This document shows positions 1-6,153 of a stretch of 13,185 bases of DNA, piece by piece. How positions within the stretch are numbered: position 1 is the stretch's first letter; every line of letters begins with the position of its first letter. The notes beneath the pieces are model-generated. The model did no database searches. It was not told the origin of the DNA and saw only the letters and a program-made list of their open reading frames with translations. Origin of the DNA: a bacterium (GTDB lineage: Bacteria > Planctomycetota > SKW154 > DAOVDS01); NCBI GenBank assembly GCA_030669415.1, contig DAOVDS010000102.1:1-13185 (forward strand). The letters are read 5' to 3'. The translations under genes were made by a program, and so were the position numbers.

Positions 1-965
1 TTGTGCGCCATCTCCACCACGGAGTGTACGTAGCGCGTGGGGACGCTTATTGTGCAGACCGCCACGCCGGCGCGGGTGCGCTGAATAGCGCCCGCGTCAG
101 TGCCGCCCCGCGGCAGTATCTCGAGCTGGTGTTTTATCTTGTTCTTCTTCGCGATGGCGCGCAGCTTCTTCACAAGCTTGGGGTTCGACAGAGAAGAGGA
201 GTCCTTTAGCTTTATCGCCGTGCCTTGGCCCAGCGCCGTAATCTGCTGGTGCTTCCCGGCGCCCGGCACATCGCAGGCGAGCGTGACATCGAGCGCAATA
301 CCTACGTGCGGGTCAACGCCGAACGCGCTTGTCAGCGCGCCGCGCAGGCCAACTTCTTCCTGCACGGAGCCCACGGGGTAGATATCCACCTGCGCCTTTT
401 TCGCTTTCTTGACTGCCTCAATCATAATGTAGACGCCGACGCGGTCATCAAGCGCCTTGCTGCAGACAGTGTCTCCCATCTCGACGTAGGACTGGTCCAT
501 GACCACCGGGTCGCCGAGCCCGACGAGTTTCTTGACCTGCTTTCCGGGGATACCGAGGTCTATGAAAACGTCATCGATTGTTGCAGGCTTCTTTCGCTCC
601 TCCTCCTTGAGGATGTGGATGGGCTTGGAGCCGATGACGCCGCGCAGCTTCTTCTTGCCGAAGACCCAGACGCGCTGTGCGATAATAGTTTTCGGGTTTA
701 TGCCGCCTATGGGGTCAATGCGCAGGAAGCCGTTCTCGTCAACATAGGTGACTATGAAGCCGATTTCATCCATGTGGGCGGCAATCATAACCCTTCGGCG
801 GTTCTTCGCGGGGCCTTTGCCGCGCTTGAAGGCGATTACGTTCCCGAGCATGTCGGTCTTGACCGAGTTGCAGCTCGCTTTCAGCTCGCGTATGACGATT
901 TTGCGAATGGCATCCTCGCGTCCTGAGACTCCCAACGCTTCACACAATTCCTTGAGCAGTTTCAT
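1..965 (-). CDS. M42 family metallo-aminopeptidase (FrvX/CelM/TET-like); 3' end (C-terminus) runs off the window edge
   Basis: Manual minus-strand translation from ATG (complement of 963-965), preceded by RBS GGGAGGAAGGG (complement of ~966-976, 5-nt spacing). Translation: MKLLKELCEALGVSGREDAIRKIV...AAHMDEIGF...SKALDDRVG...VQEEVGLRGA...RGGTDAG...PCRYVHS. HMDEIG, DDRxG, QEEVGLRG, GGTDAG and RYxHS are the conserved metal-ligand motifs of M42 peptidases. No stop in window, so it is absent from the ORF track. The antisense ORF 225..926(+) has no recognisable protein character. Confidence 0.85.
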   Translation of the reverse strand, partial: MKLLKELCEALGVSGREDAIRKIVIRELKASCNSVKTDMLGNVIAFKRGKGPAKNRRRVMIAAHMDEIGFIVTYVDENGFLRIDPIGGINPKTIIAQRVWVFGKKKLRGVIGSKPIHILKEEERKKPATIDDVFIDLGIPGKQVKKLVGLGDPVVMDQSYVEMGDTVCSKALDDRVGVYIMIEAVKKAKKAQVDIYPVGSVQEEVGLRGALTSAFGVDPHVGIALDVTLACDVPGAGKHQQITALGQGTAIKLKDSSSLSNPKLVKKLRAIAKKNKIKHQLEILPRGGTDAGAIQRTRAGVAVCTISVPTRYVHSVVEMAH

Positions 966-981
966 CCCTTCCTCCCATCAC

Positions 982-2700
982 TCAGAACTTGGCCCAGAAC
1001 AGTCTTATGTAGCTGTCGTCGTGTTTGCGACCGAAGCCGAACAGGCCGGTCAGTATTCGGAAGTCGTAGCCACGCAGGTCGGAAGTGTAGCTGAACAGGA
1101 GACCCCCGGCGCCGTAGAGGCGGACCTCGCTGTCCCTGGTCATGCTGAGCTTTCTGGAATAGGAGAACAGCGGGTTGAGCACCATCCGGAACAGGGCCGG
1201 CGTCGACTGGTATGCGAAAAGCGGAAAGAGCTGGCAATAGATGCTTCTGCCTCTGACGGAGCGGTCTGAGAAGTGCACGATGACGCTCTTGGATGTGTAG
1301 TTGAAAATGGGAAAGATGGCGGGCCCGGAGATTTCGACCCCCTCGGAGGACTCCAGGCTCTTGTATCTGACGAGAGGGAAAATGCTCCAGTAAGTCCCCC
1401 TGCCTCCCAGCCTCGCGTCGCCGAAGACGATACTGGCCGGGCCCGACCGGTAGTTGAAGACCGGAAAGAGCCGCACGGCCGTAAAGCGCGCCTGGTTCTG
1501 CGGCTTCCTCGGGTCAATCTCAGTGCGCCTCGACTCGTACTTGAACAGGGCAAGGTAGAACGGCACCGATACCTCGAGCACTCCGGCGGTCTTGATTGTG
1601 TGTATCGAAAGAAGCGGCCAGGCGAGGTCGTACCTCTTCTCGTCGTTGTCGCGTGTCCTGCTTATGCCGTAAGGCCAGAGGTGGAAGTACGTCGCCCTCG
1701 GATTGCTCCAGTACCAGAATACGGGCGGTGCGATGAAGTAGCGCGTGTCCAGCTTCGTCTTGCCATCTTCGGTGTCGCGCCGGTACATCTTCCCGAAGAA
1801 GAACGGGAACAAATGGTACTGCTCAATCAAGGGGCCGTACCTGAACTTAATCAGCGGCCAGAGCACGTCTATTTCCCGGTCAATGGGCTGGGCGTTTTTC
1901 GGTTTCTGCGGGTCCCATCGCCTGGTATGGCGAAGGAGCGGAAATGCCAGCATGACCCGGTGGCGCATCACGCCCCCGGCCTCCACAGCCTTCGAGTAGC
2001 CGTATATCGGCCACAAGTGCCAGAGCTCTTTTTCGGGCGTCTTTATGTCCCAGTACACCGGGAAGAGCACTGTCGCCCGGCTCTCCTTGCCCGCAAGCTG
2101 CCAGAAAAAGGGGAACAGCACGACTGAGCCCGTGTTATCCCGCCTTATGTCCACCCACAGCAGCGGGAGCAGGTGCGCGTGGAAGCGGTTCTTGTCGGCC
2201 CACAACTGGACGAGCGGCCAGGGCAAATCCACCTGGGTCGCACCGTGTGCGTAGGTTGTGTGTCGGAAAAACGGCCACAGCACGTAGTGCGTCTCGAAGG
2301 GAGGGTGTTTGACGTATCTCAGGATGGGGTCCCAGGTGTCTACCACTGTTTTCTTGTGACCGTAGAACGGCCAGAAGTGCAATATCGAGACCTGCGCATC
2401 CTTGTACTTGTAGAAGAAAGGCAGGAACGCCGCGGATGAAGAGCGCTCCGTCTTCTCGTAGCCCCACCAGCCGGGCAGCCCGATGCTGCGCGAGAGGCTT
2501 TTCTGTGCCTTCCTGCCTGCCTGTCCCTTTGCGACCTTCTCAGGTTCGCCATCTTCAAGAAGCGCAGACAGCTTTACCTCCGGCAGGAGCCGGGGGCCCC
2601 GCGCTTCCACGAAACTGTCCGGGCCGCCGCTTCCGGAGGCGAAGGCAGGCGCGCACGCAACCAGGCAGGCGCCCAACGCCAGGCAGCCGAGTATTCTCAC
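982..2700 (-). CDS. Large lipoprotein made of ~18-20 degenerate aromatic repeats ([LF][FW]P[LFIV][FY]x[YW], 17-30 aa period), ending in ...LFWAKF; putative outer-membrane repeat/beta-barrel protein of unknown function
   Basis: The ORF track gives 982..2724 with a GTG start. I prefer the internal GTG at 2700-2698: the RBS GGGGGAAG lies 7 nt upstream, and the mapped -10 (2733-2738) puts the TSS at ~2726. This start gives M-RILGCLALGACLVAC with a canonical lipobox L-V-A-C. A ~70-aa low-complexity tether (SGSGGPDS...KGQAGRKAQKS) follows. Repeats then run as LPFFYKY, WPFYGH, WPFFRH, LFPFFWQ, LFPVYWD, LWPIYGY, LWPLIKF, LFPFFFG, LWPYGIS, LFPVFNY, IFPLVRY, IFPIFNY, LFPLFAY, LNPLFSY and others. The C-terminal Phe is typical of OMP beta-barrels. 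Stop TGA is at complement 982-984, 16 bp from the M42 start, so an operon is likely. Confidence 0.8.
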   Translation of the reverse strand: MRILGCLALGACLVACAPAFASGSGGPDSFVEARGPRLLPEVKLSALLEDGEPEKVAKGQAGRKAQKSLSRSIGLPGWWGYEKTERSSSAAFLPFFYKYKDAQVSILHFWPFYGHKKTVVDTWDPILRYVKHPPFETHYVLWPFFRHTTYAHGATQVDLPWPLVQLWADKNRFHAHLLPLLWVDIRRDNTGSVVLFPFFWQLAGKESRATVLFPVYWDIKTPEKELWHLWPIYGYSKAVEAGGVMRHRVMLAFPLLRHTRRWDPQKPKNAQPIDREIDVLWPLIKFRYGPLIEQYHLFPFFFGKMYRRDTEDGKTKLDTRYFIAPPVFWYWSNPRATYFHLWPYGISRTRDNDEKRYDLAWPLLSIHTIKTAGVLEVSVPFYLALFKYESRRTEIDPRKPQNQARFTAVRLFPVFNYRSGPASIVFGDARLGGRGTYWSIFPLVRYKSLESSEGVEISGPAIFPIFNYTSKSVIVHFSDRSVRGRSIYCQLFPLFAYQSTPALFRMVLNPLFSYSRKLSMTRDSEVRLYGAGGLLFSYTSDLRGYDFRILTGLFGFGRKHDDSYIRLFWAKF

Positions 2701-2732
2701 CAGTTCTCTTCCCCCAACGAGCACAATTTGGC

Positions 2733-2761
2733 ATTTTATGCAAGAGTAGAGGATGTGTCAA
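2733..2761 (-). promoter_or_regulatory. sigma70-like promoter for the repeat-lipoprotein/M42 operon (minus strand): -35 TTGACA (compl. 2756-2761), 17-nt spacer, -10 TAAAAT (compl. 2733-2738)
   Basis: Minus strand reads caaattgccTTGACAcatcctctactcttgcaTAAAATgccaaatt. Hexamer match is 6/6 and 5/6 with a 17-nt spacer. Predicted TSS ~2726 sits almost on the GTG at 2724, which favours the start at 2700. Confidence 0.5.
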
Positions 2762-2804
2762 GGCAATTTGAGCAGTCTGCCGAAGCAGGTATCTTGAAAT
2801 CAGA

Positions 2805-2889
2805 AGCCCCGGGCCTATGACCCGGGGTTGATTCAAACCCCGCCGGTGCCACAGGCACTCTCTCTAATGTGGCTACGCCACCGGCGGGG
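2805..2889. repeat. Cluster of overlapping GC-rich inverted repeats (three competing stem-loops) between divergent promoters
   Basis: H1: CCCCGGG (2807-2813), loop cctatga, CCCGGGG (2821-2827), extendable to 9 bp. H2: GGGGTT (2824-2829), loop gattca, AACCCC (2836-2841). H3: CCCCGCCGGTG (2838-2848) pairs with CACCGGCGGGG (2879-2889), 11 bp; its 30-nt loop holds an inner 5-bp stem CCACA/TGTGG (2849-2853 / 2868-2872). H2 shares bases with both H1 and H3. Confidence 0.6.
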
Positions 2890-2947
2890 CTTCAGAATCC
2901 ACCTGCAAAATGTCCTGCACACCTGAAGCAGTGTTGTCACTAAGGGC

Positions 2948-2976
2948 TTGCAACGCCGGCTCCGGGAGTGTAGAAT
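2948..2976 (+). promoter_or_regulatory. sigma70-like promoter for the HAD-flotillin operon: -35 TTGCAA (2948-2953), 17-nt spacer, -10 TAGAAT (2971-2976)
   Basis: Reads cTTGCAAcgccggctccgggagtgTAGAATacgcc. Predicted TSS ~2983. Downstream RBS gAGGAAAGGa (2990-2999) precedes GTG at 3007. Confidence 0.5.
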
Positions 2977-3006
2977 ACGCCAAAACGCGAGGAAAGGACT
3001 GCCGGT

Positions 3007-3477
3007 GTGAGAATCGAGTCAGGCGGCAGAGACCCGCTTGAGATACAGAACCTGCTTGTGGATTTCAACGGCACGCTCGCCCAGGGCGGCAGGATTGGCG
3101 AAGAGGCCAGAGCCCTGGTCGAGAAGCTGGCCGGCATGGTGAAGGTCTGCGTAGCCTCTGCCGACACACGGGGCAATGCGGCGGCCGAGTGCGCCGGGCT
3201 GCCCGTGGAGCTGCTCGAACTGCCCGCGGGAATGCCGCAAGACAGGGCCAAGCTGCAACTCCTTGAGAAGCTGGGCGCAGGCAGTACCATCGCGCTGGGC
3301 AACGGCCGCAACGACACGCTGATGCTGGCGCGGGCCGCGCTGGGAGTTTGCGTGCTCGGCAGTGAAGGCGCCCACAAGATGGCAATCGGCGCGGCCGAGG
3401 TGGTTGTGAGCTCGATAGAAGATGCGTTGAAGCTGGTTGCGCAGCCCCTGAGGCTGATTGCGACGCTTCGGAACTAA
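3007..3477 (+). CDS. Small (~156 aa) HAD-superfamily protein resembling soluble P-type-ATPase-like HAD domains (COG4087-like)
   Basis: Motif I: LLVDFNGTL (DxDGT-like, second Asp is Asn). Motif II: VCVASADTRG. Motif IV: LGNGRNDTLMLARAALGVCVLGSEGAHKMAIGAAEVVVSS, which parallels the P-type ATPase GDGVNDAPAL..ADIGIAMG..GTDVAKEAADIVL region; the first Asp is Asn here too. GTG start at 3007 with an upstream RBS; the start codon is uncertain. Confidence 0.7.
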   Translation: MRIESGGRDPLEIQNLLVDFNGTLAQGGRIGEEARALVEKLAGMVKVCVASADTRGNAAAECAGLPVELLELPAGMPQDRAKLQLLEKLGAGSTIALGNGRNDTLMLARAALGVCVLGSEGAHKMAIGAAEVVVSSIEDALKLVAQPLRLIATLRN

Positions 3478-3536
3478 AGCCTGTAACCTGAGTGAGAGAT
3501 TTTCGGTAAACTGTTTTTGCGAAAGAGGGAGGCAAA

Positions 3537-5132
3537 ATGGGACAGCGCGAGGTAATCGACCCCTTCAGGGGGATTGGGATGGACAGCCGATTCAAGAAGA
3601 TAGTCGCGTTGGTTGTCGTCGGTCTGGTTGCTGTTATCGTCCTTATGCTTATCACGGTCACGAGCGTGGGCGCGAAGGAAGTGGGAATAGTCGAAATAAG
3701 CCTCGGGACCAACCTGCCTGCGGGAAGGGTGATTGCGGCGAATTACGAAAAAGGCCCGCAGGCGTGGACGCTTGGGCCGGGCTATCATTTCTTCTACTGG
3801 CCGTGGAAGTACGACATCAAGAAGGTGCCTGTAACCAAGATAACAGAAGGCAAGGTCGGCATACTCACCGCTGTTGATGGCAAGCCATTGCCGCGCGGCC
3901 AGACCTTTGCACCCGAATGGTCGGAGGAAGAGTTCGGCAAGATGCTGGACTCGCAGCACTTCCTTACAGAAGGTAAAGGTAAAGGCTTCAAGGGGCCTCA
4001 AACATCCGTCCTTCCGCCGGGCGAATATCGTCTCAATACAGAGCATTTCCACATCAAGATTGTGCCTGCCACAAACATCGAAGTCGGGAAGGTTGGGGTG
4101 ATAAAATCAAACGTCGGCAGGGAAGCAGAAACGGGAACACTCACCGTACCGGACCGCACCTACCGGGGAATCGTCGCAAAGCCGCTTTCTCGAGGCTTGT
4201 ACTACCTGAACACCGACGCCTTCGAGGTCAGCAAGATAACCGTCCAGAAAGAGACGCTGAAGTTTAACCCCCAGACCATGGGGGAGCTCGATGGCGGCCA
4301 GATAACTGTCCGAAGCCAAGACGGCTTCGAAGCCCCCATTGATGTGGATGTTACCTACCAGATAATGGAGGAAAACGCCCCTGACATAGTAGCCCGCTTT
4401 GTTGACAACAAGGGCCTTATTAGCCGCCTCGTGGTTCCGGCTATCCGGGCTGAGTTCCGCAACGCCGCAGGCAACGTGCCGATGCTCAACTTCATCCTCC
4501 AGCGCCAACAGCAGGAGCAGCTTGTTCTCAAGAACCTGAGCCAGAGGCTATTGCAGCACAAGGTCAAAATCCACGAGGTGTACATCCGCGATATAGATTT
4601 CAGCAAAGACCCGCAGCTTGCGGCACTCCTGAAGACCCAGACAGACCGTGAAATTGCAGACCAGCAGAAAGACACATACATACGCCAGCAAAAAGCTGCC
4701 GAGGAGGAGAAGGTTCTCAACCGCAAGGCGCAGGAAGCGGTGGAGGAGAAGAAGGTCGTTATCGCCGAGCAGACGATAAACATTGCCGAGCAGGAGGCGG
4801 ACGCGGCAGAGAAGAAGGCGGACGGCGAAGCGCGCGCAATCGAGCGAACCGCCCAGGCTGAGGCGAAGAAAATCGAGCTTATCGCAGAGGCCGAGGCCGC
4901 CAAGGAACTCAAGGTCGGCGAGGCAAAGGCGCAGGCCTACGCCAAGCTGGTAAAGGAGCTCGGGCAGGAGAATATAGCGCTTATCGAGTTCCTCAAGGAA
5001 ATCGCCGCCGGTAACATCAAGGTGGTGCCGGACGTCTCCGTCTCAGGCAGCCAGGGCTCACTGCTTGACGCCCTCATAGGGAGCTACCTCAAGGCGCAGG
5101 CAGACAAGGCCAAAGAGCGGAAAGACAAGTAA
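3537..5132 (+). CDS. Flotillin-like SPFH (band-7) domain membrane protein
   Basis: RBS GGGAGG (3525-3530) precedes ATG 3537. N-terminal TM helix (IVALVVVGLVAVIVLMLITV). SPFH signature GPGYHFFYWPWKYDIKKVPV (cf. GLHFKIPFI..V.KVD) and core ITVRSQDGFEAPIDVDVTYQI...IHEVYIRDIDFSKDPQLAALL. C-terminal E/A/K-rich coiled coil (AEQEADAAEKKADGEARAIERTAQAEAKKIELIAEAEAAKE) typical of flotillins (YqiK/FloT-like). 59-nt gap to the upstream HAD gene, no promoter between them, terminator downstream. Confidence 0.85.
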   Translation: MGQREVIDPFRGIGMDSRFKKIVALVVVGLVAVIVLMLITVTSVGAKEVGIVEISLGTNLPAGRVIAANYEKGPQAWTLGPGYHFFYWPWKYDIKKVPVTKITEGKVGILTAVDGKPLPRGQTFAPEWSEEEFGKMLDSQHFLTEGKGKGFKGPQTSVLPPGEYRLNTEHFHIKIVPATNIEVGKVGVIKSNVGREAETGTLTVPDRTYRGIVAKPLSRGLYYLNTDAFEVSKITVQKETLKFNPQTMGELDGGQITVRSQDGFEAPIDVDVTYQIMEENAPDIVARFVDNKGLISRLVVPAIRAEFRNAAGNVPMLNFILQRQQQEQLVLKNLSQRLLQHKVKIHEVYIRDIDFSKDPQLAALLKTQTDREIADQQKDTYIRQQKAAEEEKVLNRKAQEAVEEKKVVIAEQTINIAEQEADAAEKKADGEARAIERTAQAEAKKIELIAEAEAAKELKVGEAKAQAYAKLVKELGQENIALIEFLKEIAAGNIKVVPDVSVSGSQGSLLDALIGSYLKAQADKAKERKDK

Positions 5133-5146
5133 CTGCAGGTGAAACA

Positions 5147-5183
5147 GCGAGCCCCGTCCGAAGATGGGGCTCGCTTTGTTGTC
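5147..5183. terminator. Rho-independent terminator, probably bidirectional, between convergent flotillin (+) and lipoprotein (-) genes
   Basis: Stem GCGAGCCCC (5147-5155), loop gtccgaagat, GGGGCTCGC (5166-5174), then TTTGTTGTC (5175-5183). The minus-strand side is followed by gctgtttcac, also U-rich. Confidence 0.7.
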
Positions 5184-5197
5184 AGACAGCTTGAATG

Positions 5198-5899
5198 CTA
5201 AGGACTTTTCTTGCGCTTTGGCGCCTTTTTGGCAGGCCGGTCCCGCTCCATCTTCTCACGCAGCTTCTTTACAGCCGGGTTCTGGGTTCCGTAGTCCTTC
5301 TTCGGCTGCGGCGGGTTTCGCAGGCGGTCATCACCCATGGGGTCAATAGTGAAGAACCCCAGCACGAAATCCAGGACTTCCAGCAGGCGCACCTCGGCGT
5401 CGACTCCCACCATCCCCAGGTAGACACTGAAACCCACCTCGTCGTACCTGCGGTCATAGTCGGTCACCGTGCCATCCTTGGTGAAAGGAATGTCCGAGGA
5501 GCAGCCCAGGAACATCTGCCTCGATATGTCGATATCCGGGAAATTCCCTTTCAGTCCATGCCGCCAGACACGGCGGTCCAGCGCGAACGGTGTGGGATAA
5601 ATCACGGGGAACCAGTCAGTCTCTATGAAGGGAATTGTGCGTGTCTTCTCCTCGTATACGCCGTAGTGCCTGCCTTTGAAACCTATGGCGAACTTCTCAG
5701 ACCAGCCGGCGCCCGTCTGGAACAGCTCGGTTGCCCGGACGTTCGCCTCAAGACCGATACCGAGGTTGGCGCTCACCCGCACACCGAACATGTCAACAAA
5801 ATCGTTTGTCCTGTCAACCGCATAGGTACCGAGCACGCAACCGGAGCCAAGCGCCAGCAGGAGCCCGCCTCCGATAACAACCACCAGAACCTTCAGCAC
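5198..5899 (-). CDS. Hypothetical secreted protein / possible lipoprotein with a Lys-rich C-terminal tail
   Basis: GTG start (compl. 5897-5899) with RBS GGAGGTGAAAT (GGAGG 7 nt upstream). N-terminus MLKVLVVVIGGGLLLALGSGC is a signal peptide with Cys after the hydrophobic core (non-canonical lipobox). Contains ...TIPFIETDWFPVIYPTPFALDRRVW.... C-terminus is KKDYGTQNPAVKKLREKMERDRPAKKAPKRKKSP. The antisense ORF 5195..5962(+) is His/Arg/Gln-rich and featureless, so I judge it spurious. Confidence 0.6.
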   Translation of the reverse strand: MLKVLVVVIGGGLLLALGSGCVLGTYAVDRTNDFVDMFGVRVSANLGIGLEANVRATELFQTGAGWSEKFAIGFKGRHYGVYEEKTRTIPFIETDWFPVIYPTPFALDRRVWRHGLKGNFPDIDISRQMFLGCSSDIPFTKDGTVTDYDRRYDEVGFSVYLGMVGVDAEVRLLEVLDFVLGFFTIDPMGDDRLRNPPQPKKDYGTQNPAVKKLREKMERDRPAKKAPKRKKSP

Positions 5900-6046
5900 A
5901 TTTCACCTCCCACGAAACGGGCGGATGCCCACCCGGCAAAACTGCCAGTCTTCGGTAAGTAGAAGGCATAAAATAACCTAAAGTCAACCTTTTGTCCATA
6001 TCATTTCTGGCAGTTTTTCAAATCGCCAATCTTCGAGCAAACCGGC

Positions 6047-6075
6047 TTGACACTCCCGGGCTCTCGTGGTATTTT
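6047..6075 (+). promoter_or_regulatory. Candidate sigma70 promoter with extended -10: -35 TTGACA (6047-6052), 17-nt spacer, TGg-TATTTT (6067-6075)
   Basis: Reads gcTTGACActcccgggctctcgTGgTATTTTacg. It would give a ~250-nt leader before the UbiA-like gene at 6333. No better promoter is found closer to the gene. Confidence 0.4.
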
Positions 6076-6126
6076 ACGTTCCTTTCAAACAGGGCGCGGC
6101 TTTCGGCCGCAAGGAAAGAAAGGAAC

Positions 6127-6153
6127 CACAGATTTCACAGATTACACCGATTT
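6127..6153 (+). repeat. Three tandem 9-bp direct repeats CACAGATTT / CACAGATTA / CACCGATTT
   Basis: Read directly at 6127-6135, 6136-6144 and 6145-6153, followed by gTTTGACAat. Lies in the putative leader/operator region between the 6047 promoter and the UbiA-like gene. Confidence 0.6.

Noticed and set aside
225-926. 233-aa + strand ORF (also 3..209, 100..381, 499..747, 748..1269)
   Set aside because: It is antisense to the M42 peptidase frame, which carries unmistakable HMDEIG/DDRVG/QEEVGLRG motifs. The + strand translations are featureless Ala/Arg/Leu-rich products typical of spurious ORFs in GC-rich DNA.
1273-2127. 284-aa + strand ORF and other small ORFs overlapping 982-2724
   Set aside because: Antisense to the repeat lipoprotein. 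It has no RBS, signal or motif content. The minus frame has a signal peptide, lipobox and a coherent repeat architecture.
2824-2852. tRNA-like fragment (GGGGTTGATTCAAACCCC followed by GCCGGTGCCA, reminiscent of a T-arm plus acceptor/CCA)
   Set aside because: I could not fold a full cloverleaf on either strand. The 'T-loop' lacks the conserved C56 (TTGATTC), and there is no D-arm or anticodon arm of correct spacing. It is better explained as part of the overlapping stem-loop cluster.
3065-3712. 215-aa minus ORF and 3019..3375 / 2940..3377 minus ORFs
   Set aside because: Antisense to the HAD gene and the start of the flotillin gene. Their Pro/Arg/Ala/Ser-rich low-complexity translations are typical of wrong-strand reading of GC-rich coding DNA.
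4355-4912. 185-aa minus ORF inside the flotillin gene and the apparent 'repeat' of GAG/GCG/AAG codons at 4680-4960
   Set aside because: The repetitive DNA is the E/A/K-rich coiled-coil of the flotillin domain read in frame, not a DNA tandem repeat or CRISPR. The antisense ORF is Ser/Ala/Cys-rich junk.
5195-5962. 255-aa + strand ORF overlapping the 5198-5899 minus gene
   Set aside because: The minus frame has a GGAGG RBS, a signal peptide and globular composition. The + frame is His/Arg/Gln/Pro-rich with no start context.
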